Of a stretch of DNA of 54,421 nucleotides, positions 1-9,983 are shown piece by piece; the stretch's first letter is position 1, and the number at the start of each line of letters is the position of its first letter. The notes under the pieces were generated by a model. It did not search any database. It was not told where the DNA came from and saw nothing but the letters and a program-made list of their open reading frames with translations. The DNA comes from an uncultured Candidatus Cloacimonadota bacterium. GTDB lineage: Bacteria; Cloacimonadota; Cloacimonadia; Cloacimonadales; TCS61. Location of the stretch: the NCBI GenBank assembly GCA_964578365.1, contig CAZOCS010000003.1, positions 1 to 54,421 on the forward strand, given 5' to 3'. The translations under genes and the position numbers were made by a program.

Positions 1-136
1 CCGAAAGATTTTGTGGGAAAGCATATCGGCAATCAATTGCTAAGTCAATTATTAATACTCCGAAAAAAGTTAAAAAATGAAACTTTTTTTATTTTTGATT
101 TATAATTTTCTATTTTATATTTAACAAGGAGATATT

Positions 137-1174
137 ATGCAAATAGATATGAAAGGTAAAGATGTAGTTTGCACTCAAGAACTTAGTGTTGATGAGATAA
201 ATGCATTACTAAAATTAGCAAAAGAGATGAAAGCTGACCGTTATGGAGATAAATATAATCAACTTTTAAAAGATCAGACCTTCCTTATGTTCTTTTTTAA
301 TCCATCACTTAGAACCAGAATTTCATTTGAATCTGCTGCCACAGAACTGGGAGGACATGCTCAATTCCTTGAGCCTAAAACAATGCGATTGAAAAAAACC
401 AGCAAGGGCGTGGAAGTACAAGCTGGAGAAACAATTGAAGATGCAGCACAAGTTTTGGCAAGATATGCTTGCGGAATGGGAATCAGAATTCTGGAAACTT
501 CTGTTGAAAATTATGGTGATGGTAATGCGATCTTGCGTGAATATGCTAAATGGATGAATGTTCCCATTATTAATATGGCTGATGACAAATATCATCCATG
601 TCAGGGACTTTCTGATGTGATGGGAATGCAGGAGCACAAAGGTGATCTGAAAGGAAAAACAGTTCTCATGACATGGGCTCATGGAGATCTAGCTCGTTCT
701 TACTGTTCTGTTCATGAGAATCTGCTCATTACTTCACGTTTGGGAATGAATGTGAAACTTGCTTTCCCAAAAGGCTATGATCTCCCTGAAGAGGAAATTG
801 CAAAAGTGAAGGCAAACTGTGAAGCCAATGGAACAAAATTTGAAATTACAAATGATCCTGATGCCGGTTATACAGATGATGTGGAGTTCGTATATTCACG
901 AAACTGGTTTGGCCCTGATTTTTATGAAATCGGTAAAGAAGCTGAGGTTGCCAGAGCAAGCAAAATGACAGACTGGATCTGCAATCAGGAAAGAATGGAT
1001 CGCACAAATAATGCTTTATACATTCATCCAATGCCGGTTGATAGAGGTAAAGAAGTTACCGATGAAGTAGCTAGTGGTCCTAATTCCATTATCACAGACA
1101 TTGCAGAGAACAGATTGCACACACAAAAAGCAATAATGGCTATGACTATTGCCGGTATGAAAGTTGATATTTAA
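137..1174 (+). CDS. Carbamoyltransferase of the ATCase/OTCase superfamily, atypical; probably catabolic
   Basis: FFNPSLRTR carbamoyl-phosphate motif, HPCQ, HPMP in place of HCLP, C-terminal AENRLH; AGGAG RBS; adjacent to carbamate kinase. Confidence 0.85.
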   Translation: MQIDMKGKDVVCTQELSVDEINALLKLAKEMKADRYGDKYNQLLKDQTFLMFFFNPSLRTRISFESAATELGGHAQFLEPKTMRLKKTSKGVEVQAGETIEDAAQVLARYACGMGIRILETSVENYGDGNAILREYAKWMNVPIINMADDKYHPCQGLSDVMGMQEHKGDLKGKTVLMTWAHGDLARSYCSVHENLLITSRLGMNVKLAFPKGYDLPEEEIAKVKANCEANGTKFEITNDPDAGYTDDVEFVYSRNWFGPDFYEIGKEAEVARASKMTDWICNQERMDRTNNALYIHPMPVDRGKEVTDEVASGPNSIITDIAENRLHTQKAIMAMTIAGMKVDI

Positions 1175-1188
1175 TTTGGAGAATAATA

Positions 1189-2151
1189 ATGAATACTGAA
1201 AAGAAGAAATTAGTAGTAATTGCGCTTGGTGGGAATGCAATCAAACAGGCTCATGAAAAAGGAACCTCCGAAGAGCAATTTAAAAATGTAGAAATAACCT
1301 GCGAGCAACTGGTAAAGATGAATGCATTAAACTATAAATTGATCATTACTCATGGTAATGGACCCCAGGCAGGCGACCTTCTTATACAACATGAAGAGGG
1401 AAAAGATCTGGTTCCTGCTCATCCTTTAGATATTATTGTTGCTATGACACAGGGTCAGATCGGCTATATGTTCCAGAATTCTTTGCAGAATTACTTCATG
1501 CAGAAAGGAAAAGATATTCCTATCACAACTGTTGTAACACAGGTTCTGGTTAATGAAGACGATCCCGATTTTAATGATCCGAGTAAACCTGTAGGACCTT
1601 TCTATACAGAAGAAGAAGCAATGAAACTTAAAGAAGAGAAAGGTTATATTGTGAAACTAGTTAAGCCAAACGTAGAAAAACCATGGAGACGGGTTGTTCC
1701 ATCTCCAGAACCCATTAAAATCATAGAATCCAACTGCATTCAAGCCTTGGTAGATGCGCATGCAATTGTTATCGCATCTGGTGGTGGTGGTATACCTGTA
1801 ATGAAAAAATCTAATGGGACCTTAGCCGGACTGGAAGCAGTCATAGATAAAGATAAAGCTGGCAACAAACTAGCTCAGGAAGTAAATGCAGATATCTATC
1901 TGATACTTACTGATGTGGAAAATGCTAAGATCAATTTTGGTAAACCGGATGAAAAACCACTTGGAAAGATCACAGTTGCCGAAGCTGAAAAATATCTGGC
2001 TGAAGGACATTTCCTTGCTGGTAGTATGGGACCAAAAGTTACAGCAGCTATCAGGTTTGTTAAAGCCGGTGGTGAAAAATCAATAATTACCTCTCTGTCT
2101 AATGCTGTTAACGCTTTAGAAGGCAATTCAGGGACGATAATTGTGAGATAA
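1189..2151 (+). CDS. arcC: Carbamate kinase
   Basis: VIALGGNA, THGNGPQ, PSKPVGPFY, WRRVVPSP, GGGGIPV, EAVIDKD and GSMGPK motifs. Confidence 0.95.
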   Translation: MNTEKKKLVVIALGGNAIKQAHEKGTSEEQFKNVEITCEQLVKMNALNYKLIITHGNGPQAGDLLIQHEEGKDLVPAHPLDIIVAMTQGQIGYMFQNSLQNYFMQKGKDIPITTVVTQVLVNEDDPDFNDPSKPVGPFYTEEEAMKLKEEKGYIVKLVKPNVEKPWRRVVPSPEPIKIIESNCIQALVDAHAIVIASGGGGIPVMKKSNGTLAGLEAVIDKDKAGNKLAQEVNADIYLILTDVENAKINFGKPDEKPLGKITVAEAEKYLAEGHFLAGSMGPKVTAAIRFVKAGGEKSIITSLSNAVNALEGNSGTIIVR

Positions 2152-2202
2152 GAATAGAGATGCAAATATAATATCTTTGTATCTAAATAAAAAGGAGAAA
2201 AA

Positions 2203-3681
2203 ATGTCGAGGATCATAAAAAAAATTGATCGAGAAGTAAGGAAGAACACAGTTAAAAGATGTGTAGAAAAAAATATTATTATTCCTACTTTCGAGCAATT
2301 GAAAAATCCTGAATTAATTCCAGAAGGAATTAAAGAGGAGCTAAAAAATATTGGTTTATGGGATGTAAATCCCCTTAATCTTTTCCGTATTACCTGGAAA
2401 AATGAACCCACCAAACATGGTGGTGGATATGGTGATGTGAACTACTTTGAAATTCCCAAAGAAATTACAGGTATAAAAGCCAGAGTTATTGGCTTAGTTG
2501 GAAAGTTCTTTCCAACCGGTTCACATAAGGTTGGAGCGGCTTTTGGCTGCCTGGTTCCCCGTCTTGTAAGTGGAGAATTTGATCCAACTCGTGATAAGGC
2601 TGTATGGCCTTCAACTGGCAATTACTGTCGTGGGGGTGCCTTCGATTCTGTACTTCTGGGTTGTACACCAGTAGCTATCCTTCCCGAAGAGATGAGCCAA
2701 GAACGTTTTACATGGTTAAAAGAAATTGGTTCTGATGTTATCGCAACTCCGGGTTGCGAATCTAACGTGAAAGAGATCTACGATAAATGTTGGGAATTAC
2801 GTGAAGACTCTAAGAATGTAATTTTCAATCAGTTTGATGAATTTGCTAATCCAATTTATCATTATAACATCACTGGATCAGCTATTGAAGAAGTATTTGA
2901 GAAATTTATTAATACAGGCAAAGAAAACCTCTCGGCATATGTTTCTGCAACTGGTTCTGCCGGAACTATTGCTGCCGGAGATTACCTAAAAACCAAATAC
3001 TCAAAAGCACGTACGATCGCATCAGAAGCACTGCAATGTCCTACCATATTGGAAAACGGATTTGGCGGACACCGCATCGAAGGTATTGGAGATAAGCATA
3101 TACCCTGGGTTCATAATACAATGAACACCGATGCAGCTGTTGCAATTGACGATGAAGATTGCATGCGCACAATGCAGCTTTTTAATGAAAAAGCAGGACA
3201 TAAATTCTTAAAAGCTAAAGGTGTTTCTGACGCTGTTATTGAAAAGTTGGAACTTCTGGGAATTTCCAGTATTAGTAATCTGCTTTCAGCAATTAAAACA
3301 GCTAAGTATTTCGAAATGGGTGAAGATGATGTAATCTTTACTGTATTCACCGATTCTATGGAGATGTATCAATCTCGTATGGAAGAAGAATTAGAAAAAA
3401 AAGGTGAATATACTGAAATTAGAGCAGCAGTGGATTTTGAAGGTTGCATAGCTCAGCAAGATATCGAAAATTTCATAGAGCTTGGTTACCGGGATCGTAA
3501 ACGTGTTCATAATCTGAAATATTTTACATGGGTAGAACAGCAGGGGAAAACATATGAAGAGATACTTGAACAGTGGGATGAAGAATACTGGCGTGCAATA
3601 TTTGAAGATGAAGTTGTATATTTTGATAAACTGATCAAAGAATTTAATGACGAGGTAGGTTTATTGAAAAAGTATAAATAA
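2203..3681 (+). CDS. Fold-type II PLP-dependent enzyme (cysteine synthase/Trp synthase beta-like), substrate unknown
   Basis: PTGSHKVG PLP-lysine motif, PSTGNY, Gly-rich GSAGT loop, HRIEGIG. Confidence 0.8.
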   Translation: MSRIIKKIDREVRKNTVKRCVEKNIIIPTFEQLKNPELIPEGIKEELKNIGLWDVNPLNLFRITWKNEPTKHGGGYGDVNYFEIPKEITGIKARVIGLVGKFFPTGSHKVGAAFGCLVPRLVSGEFDPTRDKAVWPSTGNYCRGGAFDSVLLGCTPVAILPEEMSQERFTWLKEIGSDVIATPGCESNVKEIYDKCWELREDSKNVIFNQFDEFANPIYHYNITGSAIEEVFEKFINTGKENLSAYVSATGSAGTIAAGDYLKTKYSKARTIASEALQCPTILENGFGGHRIEGIGDKHIPWVHNTMNTDAAVAIDDEDCMRTMQLFNEKAGHKFLKAKGVSDAVIEKLELLGISSISNLLSAIKTAKYFEMGEDDVIFTVFTDSMEMYQSRMEEELEKKGEYTEIRAAVDFEGCIAQQDIENFIELGYRDRKRVHNLKYFTWVEQQGKTYEEILEQWDEEYWRAIFEDEVVYFDKLIKEFNDEVGLLKKYK

Positions 3682-3689
3682 ACACTAAC

Positions 3690-3720
3690 GCACCATCGGT
3701 TTAAAAGCTGATGGTGCTTT
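3690..3720 (+). terminator. Intergenic hairpin, possible intrinsic terminator or mRNA stability element
   Basis: GCACCATCGGT...GCTGATGGTGC inverted repeat followed by TTT. Confidence 0.5.
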
Positions 3721-3740
3721 ATTTGCCATAAGGAGGTCTT

Positions 3741-4520
3741 ATGAGGTTTGAAAAATTCTTACAGCCCGATAATTTACAGACAGCATTGGAAATACTAAAA
3801 ACAGATTCGAATTCAGTAATTCTAGGTGGTAATACTTTCTTAAGATTAGCTGACAAAAAATATTCTACCGGAATAGACCTCTCCAATCTTGGTCTTGATT
3901 ATATTAAAGAAAATAAGGATCAAATCGAGATCGGTGCATACACACACCTACGAACAATCGAAACTGACCCTATTATTAATAAGTATTTTAGAGATCTACT
4001 GCCAAAATCACTTGAAAATCTAATTGGAATTCAATTCAGAAATAACGCCACAATAGGTGGCGCAATCTTCGGTCGCTTAGGATTCACAGAGATCAATACA
4101 GCATTACTTGTTCTAGATTGCGAACTTGAATTTGAAGAAAATGGTATTGTCCAATTTAGTGAATTTATTTCAAATTGGAAGATCAAACGTGACATCCTAA
4201 AAAAAATTATCATCAAAAAAGACAAAGGTAAATACTCTTATAAAATGATGAGGAATTCAAGCTCAGATTTTGCGATCTTATCTGTTGCAGTTTCCAATTT
4301 TAACAACATAAAAATTGCAGTTGGAACTCGACCCTCGATAGCCAAATTATCTGAAAAAGCATCTCAAATCATAAATTCCGATAACAAAAAAATCGATGAA
4401 GCTGCAAATATTATAGCAGATGAATTTAAGTTTGGTAAAGATTTGCGAGCTGAAGGTAAGTATCGAAAAATGATCGCACCAGTCCTTGTTAAACGTGCTC
4501 TACAGGAGGTTCTAAAATGA
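3741..4520 (+). CDS. Xanthine dehydrogenase family FAD-binding subunit (YgfM/CoxM-like)
   Basis: ILGGNT, FRNNATIGG and C-terminal D-L-R-A-E-G-K-Y-R motifs; GGAGG RBS; ATGA overlap with the next gene. Confidence 0.85.
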   Translation: MRFEKFLQPDNLQTALEILKTDSNSVILGGNTFLRLADKKYSTGIDLSNLGLDYIKENKDQIEIGAYTHLRTIETDPIINKYFRDLLPKSLENLIGIQFRNNATIGGAIFGRLGFTEINTALLVLDCELEFEENGIVQFSEFISNWKIKRDILKKIIIKKDKGKYSYKMMRNSSSDFAILSVAVSNFNNIKIAVGTRPSIAKLSEKASQIINSDNKKIDEAANIIADEFKFGKDLRAEGKYRKMIAPVLVKRALQEVLK

Positions 4521-7294
4521 AATTAAAATTAAATATTAATAATAAATTTTATTATATCAATATTGACGGTGATGAATTTCTTTTAGATGTACTTAGAAAG
4601 ATCGGATTCAAAAGCGTTAAAAAAGGGTGCGACACAGGAACCTGTGGTGTATGCTCTGTTCTGATAAATGGGAAACCAACTCTCTCTTGTCAATTCTTAG
4701 CAGCAAGAGCAAAAGGACTTAAGATCACAACTATAGAAGGGTTGGGTAAAAAGGCTGATAAGATAGTTGATCTAATTGTGAGTGAAGGTGCAGATCAATG
4801 CGGATATTGCGGACCTTCCCTGGTTCTCACAACTTATGCAATGAAAAAGGAATTAAAAGATCCAACCATTGAAAAGATCAATCATTACTTAGCTGGGAAT
4901 CTTTGTAGATGCAGTGGCTATGAAGGACAACTTCGTGGTATCAAAAAAATATATGGGGGTGAAATGATGAAATTTAAAGAAGTTAGCCATTCAATCCCAA
5001 AAGTTGACGGAAGAGGTTTGTTAAAAGGAGTTTCTGCATATACAGATGATCTGGCAGTTGAAAGTGCCCTTATAGTCAAATTACTAAGAAGTCCTTATGC
5101 ATTTGCAAAGATAAGATCAATTGATACAAAGAAAGCTTTAAAAGTAGAAGGTATAGAATGCGTTCTAACTTATAAAGATGTTCCCCGTATTCCAATTACT
5201 AGGGCCGGGCAGGGTTATCCTGAGCCATCTCCAAAAGATAAATTCATACTTGATAATTATGTACGTTATGTAGGTGATGAAGTAGCAATCGTTGCCGGAA
5301 CTTCTGAAAAAGTAGTTGATGATGCTATGAAACTCATCGAAGTGGATTATGAAGCTCTTGAACCTGTTCTTGATTTTGAGAAAGCTATAGGTCACAAATC
5401 TATTATTCATCCCGAAAAAGAGATCTATACAATGTTCCCAATGGGACTTGATGTAAAAAACAATATTGCATGTAGTTATATGGACACAATGATAGTGGGT
5501 GATGTTGAAAAAACTTTGGCAGATTGCGAATTTGTTGTAAGTGAAAGATATTATACTCATGCCCAGCAGCAAACTGCGATGGAACCACACACATCAACTG
5601 CATATATCGATGTGCAAGAAAGATTAAATATAATTACCTCCACTCAAAATCCATATCACACACGTCGTATTATTGGTGAAGCATTGGGTAAACCTCTGCG
5701 TGATATCCGAGTTATAAAACCAAGAATTGGTGGTGGATTTGGTGCCAAACAGCAAGTTCACAATGACCTTTTCACGGCGATTGTAACTTTAAAAACAGGT
5801 AAGCCATCAAAATGTTTCTATACAAGAAAAGAGGTGAATGAAAGCACTTTTACCCGTCATCAAATGAGAATTGATGTCCAATTAGGAGCAGATAAAGAGG
5901 GAAACCTGCACGCTTTTGATATGCAGCTTCTTTCTAATACCGGAGCCTATGGTGAACATTCGCTCACAACTTTTATGGTTGCCGGTTCCAAGCTTCTTCC
6001 CATGTACAATAAAGCAAAAGCTCTTCGCTTTGAAGGTAAAGTAGTTTACACAAACAAATGCTCTGCCGGTGCTTATCGAGGTTATGGTGCAATTCAAGCT
6101 AACTTCGCTGTAGAATCTGCTATGAGTGAATTAGCCAAAAAACTCAAAATGGATCCTGTAGAATTACGCCTGAAAAATTGTATTGGAGAAGGTGAATCTT
6201 CACCGGTCTTCAGCGTTATGGGAGAAGGCGGAGAAGGTATTGCTCAGGTAATGGAAAGCTGTAAGTTGGATTATTGCATTGAACGTGGTAGAAAATTGAT
6301 AAAATGGGATAAAAAATTTCCTTCAAAGCAAATTTCCACCAATAAAATAAGAAGTGTAGGAACTGCTATTGCCATGCAGGGATCAGGAATTCCACTTCTG
6401 GATATGGGTGCAGCAGTTTTAAAATTAAATGACGATGGTTTCTTTAATTTACTGGTTGGAGCAACAGACTTAGGAACAGGAAGTGATACCGTTTTATCAC
6501 AGATCGCTGCTGAGGCAATTGGTGTTCCAGTAGACAGAATAGTGATCACTTCTTCTGATACTGACACCACACCTTATGATGTTGGAGCGTATGCATCCAG
6601 CACAACTTTTGTTTCGGGTAATGCAGCCAGGAAAGCAGGATTGAATATGCGAGCAAAACTGATTGAAGAAGCTGCTAAAGCACTCCATTCAGTTCACAAA
6701 GACGATGTGATATTTGATGATTGCACTTTTAAATTGAAAGATAGTAATGAATCGATCACATTAAAAGAACTTTCTGAGGGATTGTACTATAAATTCGGTG
6801 CCGATATGAAACAATTAATTGCATCAGGATCGAACACAAGTCCAAAATCTCCACCTCCATTTATGGCAGGTTTTGTAGAGATAGAGCTCGATACCGAAAC
6901 TGGAAAAATTGATATTCTGGATTATGTAGCTGTAGTTGATTGCGGAACTACGATAAATCCGAATCTTGCTAAGATACAGGTTGAAGGTGGAATCTTGCAG
7001 GGAATTGGAATGGCAATGTATGAAGATGTAATTTATTCTAAAGAAGGAAAAATGCTGACCAATAACTTCATGAAATACAAAATTCCAAGTAGAAAGGATG
7101 TGAAAAAAATTACAGTAGAATTTGCAGAAAGTTACGATCCAGCTGGTCCTTATGGTGCAAAATCTGTTGGTGAGATTGGCATTGATACACCACTTGCAGC
7201 TATTGCAAATGCATTATATAATGCTGTTGGCGTAAGAATTCGTTCGGTTCCACTTACACCGGAAAAAATATTAATGGAAATTGCAAAAAAATAA
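4517..7294 (+). CDS. Xanthine dehydrogenase family [2Fe-2S] plus molybdopterin-binding protein (XdhD-like fusion; may be two genes joined by one extra A, see findings)
   Basis: GCDTGTCGVC, QCGYC and NLCRC Fe-S motifs; GGGFGAK, AYRGYG, GQ-equivalent DLGTGS and KSVGE Moco-domain motifs; internal SD plus ATG at 4955-4969. Confidence 0.85.
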   Translation: MKLKLNINNKFYYINIDGDEFLLDVLRKIGFKSVKKGCDTGTCGVCSVLINGKPTLSCQFLAARAKGLKITTIEGLGKKADKIVDLIVSEGADQCGYCGPSLVLTTYAMKKELKDPTIEKINHYLAGNLCRCSGYEGQLRGIKKIYGGEMMKFKEVSHSIPKVDGRGLLKGVSAYTDDLAVESALIVKLLRSPYAFAKIRSIDTKKALKVEGIECVLTYKDVPRIPITRAGQGYPEPSPKDKFILDNYVRYVGDEVAIVAGTSEKVVDDAMKLIEVDYEALEPVLDFEKAIGHKSIIHPEKEIYTMFPMGLDVKNNIACSYMDTMIVGDVEKTLADCEFVVSERYYTHAQQQTAMEPHTSTAYIDVQERLNIITSTQNPYHTRRIIGEALGKPLRDIRVIKPRIGGGFGAKQQVHNDLFTAIVTLKTGKPSKCFYTRKEVNESTFTRHQMRIDVQLGADKEGNLHAFDMQLLSNTGAYGEHSLTTFMVAGSKLLPMYNKAKALRFEGKVVYTNKCSAGAYRGYGAIQANFAVESAMSELAKKLKMDPVELRLKNCIGEGESSPVFSVMGEGGEGIAQVMESCKLDYCIERGRKLIKWDKKFPSKQISTNKIRSVGTAIAMQGSGIPLLDMGAAVLKLNDDGFFNLLVGATDLGTGSDTVLSQIAAEAIGVPVDRIVITSSDTDTTPYDVGAYASSTTFVSGNAARKAGLNMRAKLIEEAAKALHSVHKDDVIFDDCTFKLKDSNESITLKELSEGLYYKFGADMKQLIASGSNTSPKSPPPFMAGFVEIELDTETGKIDILDYVAVVDCGTTINPNLAKIQVEGGILQGIGMAMYEDVIYSKEGKMLTNNFMKYKIPSRKDVKKITVEFAESYDPAGPYGAKSVGEIGIDTPLAAIANALYNAVGVRIRSVPLTPEKILMEIAKK

Positions 7295-7312
7295 ATAGAA
7301 AAGGAGAAAAAC

Positions 7313-8611
7313 ATGTTGGAAAGACTGTTTAAATTAAAAAAATTTAATACAACACCAAAAATTGAAATCATTGCTGGTATTACTACTTTCATGACTATGG
7401 GTTACATTCTTATAGTAAATCCTGACATTCTGTCAGCAACCGGTATGGATAAGGGTGCTGTGTTCACTGCAACAGCGCTATCTGCATTTATTGCTACAAT
7501 GGTGATGGCTTTATATGCAAACAAACCATTTACCTTAGCACCAGGTATGGGACTTAATGCGTTTTTCGCCTTTACCGTTGTTTTGCAAATGGGATATTCA
7601 TGGCAGTTTGCTCTTACAGCTGTCTTTATAGAAGGTATTATTTTCATTATTATGACTTTCTTCAAACTGAGAGCCGCTATAATCAATAGTATTCCCTATA
7701 ATCTAAAAAAAGCTGTCTCAGTAGGTATTGGATTATTCATCGCCTTTATTGGTTTACAGGGAGGTGGAATTATTACCGATAATCCTGCGACATTAGTTTC
7801 AATTGGTTCAATAACATCAAATATTGCCTTATTAACACTTATAGGATTGGTTATTACTGGAATAATGTTAGCAAAAAAAATCAAGGGTGCTCTGCTTATT
7901 GGAATCGTACTTACCACTATTATAGGTATACCAATGGGCGTAACTCATATCCCACCAAATTTCAATATTTTTAGTTTACCCCCATCATTAGCTCCCGTCT
8001 TCTTCAAATTTGATTTCTCTAATATTTTCTCTTTTGATATGATAATTGTTCTGTTTACATTCCTGTTTGTAGATCTTTTTGATACAGTGGGAACTCTTAT
8101 TGGTGTTTCAACCAAAGCAGGTCTTGTTGATGAAAAAGGTAATCTCCCTGGTGTACATAAAGCACTGCTCGCAGATGCTGTTGGTACTACTGCCGGTGCT
8201 TGTTTAGGAACATCAACCGTTACAACTTATGTGGAAAGTGCTGCTGGTGTTGCAGAAGGCGGAAGAACTGGTCTCACTGCATTTGCAAGCGGTATTCTGT
8301 TCTTATTGGCTCTTCTGTTTGCTCCACTTTTCACAATGGTACCTTCGGCAGCAACTGCCCCTGTACTTATTCTTGTTGGTCTTTTTATGATGAGTCCAAT
8401 AAAAGAAATTAATCTGGAAGATTTTACAGAATCCATTCCTGCATTTTTAACAGTTATCATGATGCCTCTTACATACAGCATAGCAGAAGGAATTGTTTTT
8501 GGAATGGTTTCTTATGTATTGTTAAAATTACTTACAGGTAAAGGAAAAGAAGTAACTGCAATCGGTTATATCATTGCAACTCTGTTTGTACTAAAGTACG
8601 TTTTCTTATAG
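7313..8611 (+). CDS. NCS2/AzgA-family purine (guanine/hypoxanthine/adenine) permease
   Basis: AGITTFMTMGYI..NP, APGMGLNAFF, DLFDTVGT and YVESAAGVAEGGRTGLT signatures; multi-TM. Confidence 0.92.
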   Translation: MLERLFKLKKFNTTPKIEIIAGITTFMTMGYILIVNPDILSATGMDKGAVFTATALSAFIATMVMALYANKPFTLAPGMGLNAFFAFTVVLQMGYSWQFALTAVFIEGIIFIIMTFFKLRAAIINSIPYNLKKAVSVGIGLFIAFIGLQGGGIITDNPATLVSIGSITSNIALLTLIGLVITGIMLAKKIKGALLIGIVLTTIIGIPMGVTHIPPNFNIFSLPPSLAPVFFKFDFSNIFSFDMIIVLFTFLFVDLFDTVGTLIGVSTKAGLVDEKGNLPGVHKALLADAVGTTAGACLGTSTVTTYVESAAGVAEGGRTGLTAFASGILFLLALLFAPLFTMVPSAATAPVLILVGLFMMSPIKEINLEDFTESIPAFLTVIMMPLTYSIAEGIVFGMVSYVLLKLLTGKGKEVTAIGYIIATLFVLKYVFL

Positions 8612-8621
8612 AGTAAAATAT

Positions 8622-8655
8622 TGCCGGATTCTCTGAATATTTGGAGAATCTGGCA
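8622..8655 (+). terminator. Intergenic hairpin after the permease
   Basis: TGCCGGATTCTCTGA / TTGGAGAATCTGGCA inverted repeat; no clear U-tract. Confidence 0.4.
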
Positions 8656-8707
8656 TCAATATTTAAGTTGGGAAATTACACTTTCCCACGCAAAATGAAA
8701 GGAAATT

Positions 8708-9961
8708 ATGAAAGAAAATAAATATTATTTCGAATGCACAACCTGCGGGGCAAAATATGAGCAGGATGAAGTAACCTACATTTGCCCTGTTTGTGAAAAG
8801 GAAAACACTCCCGACACTCCCCCAAAAGGAATATTAAAAACTTTGTATCATTATGGGAAGATCAAGAATTCTGCAAAGTGGCATAAACTTTTCGATAAAT
8901 TAAAGGCAAAAGAATATCGAGAGTTACTACCAATTGATTCCGAACGCAGCCTTTCCTGGCTTAAGGTAGGTAAAACACCACTTTATGAAATTAGTTCCAC
9001 AGACATCGATTTTCTCAAGGGGAGATCAAAAGGGATTTTTACAATCCTTCTTAAAGATGATTCCCAAAATCCTACCTTCTCTTTTAAAGATAGAGCTTCG
9101 GATCTGGTATGTGCTTTTGCTAAAGAGCAAAAAATAGATACAATTGTTGCTGCATCAACCGGAAATGCTGGATCATCTCTGGCTGGAATTTGCGCTTCAC
9201 AGAAACAGAAAGCAATTATTTTTGCTCCAGCTTCTGCACCAAAAGCCAAACTTACCCAGATACTAATGTATGGTGCTCAGCTTATTCCGGTGGATGGAAC
9301 TTATGATGAAGCTTTCGATCTGAGTATTGAATCTACGAAACAATTCGGTTGGTATAACCGCAATACTGCATACAATCCATTCACAATCGAAGGCAAAAAA
9401 ATAGTTTCATTCGAGATCTTCCAGCAAATGAGACAGAAAACCCCGGATCGTGTTTTTGTTCCGGTTGGAGATGGATGTATTATTTCCGGTGTATTCAAAG
9501 GATTTGAAGATCTATTTAAGATAGGTCTTATTAAAAAAGTGCCTACAATTATTGCTGTTCAATCTGAAAAAAGCGATAACATTGTTCGTAATTTGGGAAA
9601 TGATAAATTTGTAATAAAATCAAGTACTACGATCGCAGATTCTATTGCGGTAGATATTCCACGAAATTATTGGATGACCAAAAAATTCATGGAACAGTAT
9701 AATGGAGAATCTATTATTGTAAGTGATGAAGAAATAATAACTGCATCTAAAGTATTGAGTGAAAATACCGGTATTTTTTCTGAACCAGCTGCAGCAACGG
9801 CTTTTGCAGGAATGATGAAGTATGCAGAAAAAGAACTGATTGACGAAAATTCAAAGAATGTGGTTTTACTTACAGGTAGTGGTTTAAAAGATCTAAATTC
9901 AGTTCAGGGAATTATTGAGATTCCTAAACCGATAAAGAAACTGGATGAAATAAAATTGTAA
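8708..9961 (+). CDS. Threonine synthase-like PLP enzyme with N-terminal Zn ribbon
   Basis: CxxC...CxxC N-terminus, NPTFSFKDR, ASTGNAG, VPVGDG, EPAAA and LTGSGLKD motifs. Confidence 0.85.
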   Translation: MKENKYYFECTTCGAKYEQDEVTYICPVCEKENTPDTPPKGILKTLYHYGKIKNSAKWHKLFDKLKAKEYRELLPIDSERSLSWLKVGKTPLYEISSTDIDFLKGRSKGIFTILLKDDSQNPTFSFKDRASDLVCAFAKEQKIDTIVAASTGNAGSSLAGICASQKQKAIIFAPASAPKAKLTQILMYGAQLIPVDGTYDEAFDLSIESTKQFGWYNRNTAYNPFTIEGKKIVSFEIFQQMRQKTPDRVFVPVGDGCIISGVFKGFEDLFKIGLIKKVPTIIAVQSEKSDNIVRNLGNDKFVIKSSTTIADSIAVDIPRNYWMTKKFMEQYNGESIIVSDEEIITASKVLSENTGIFSEPAAATAFAGMMKYAEKELIDENSKNVVLLTGSGLKDLNSVQGIIEIPKPIKKLDEIKL

Positions 9962-9983
9962 TCTTTAATGTATTGAGGTAATT

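Noticed and set aside
1-30. CCGAAAGATTT at the window start resembling the 53480-53503 palindrome
   Set aside because: Only an 11-nt match, truncated by the window edge; too little to call.
1896-2414. Antisense ORFs over well-supported genes (also 10887..11438, 21069..21623, 24625..25155 and similar)
   Set aside because: No RBS or motifs, and they lie mostly opposite confident CDSs; treated as shadow ORFs.
8708-9961. Assigning thrC (biosynthetic threonine synthase)
   Set aside because: The family is clear, but the context is a catabolic purine-like cluster without hom/thrB; the specific function is not supported.
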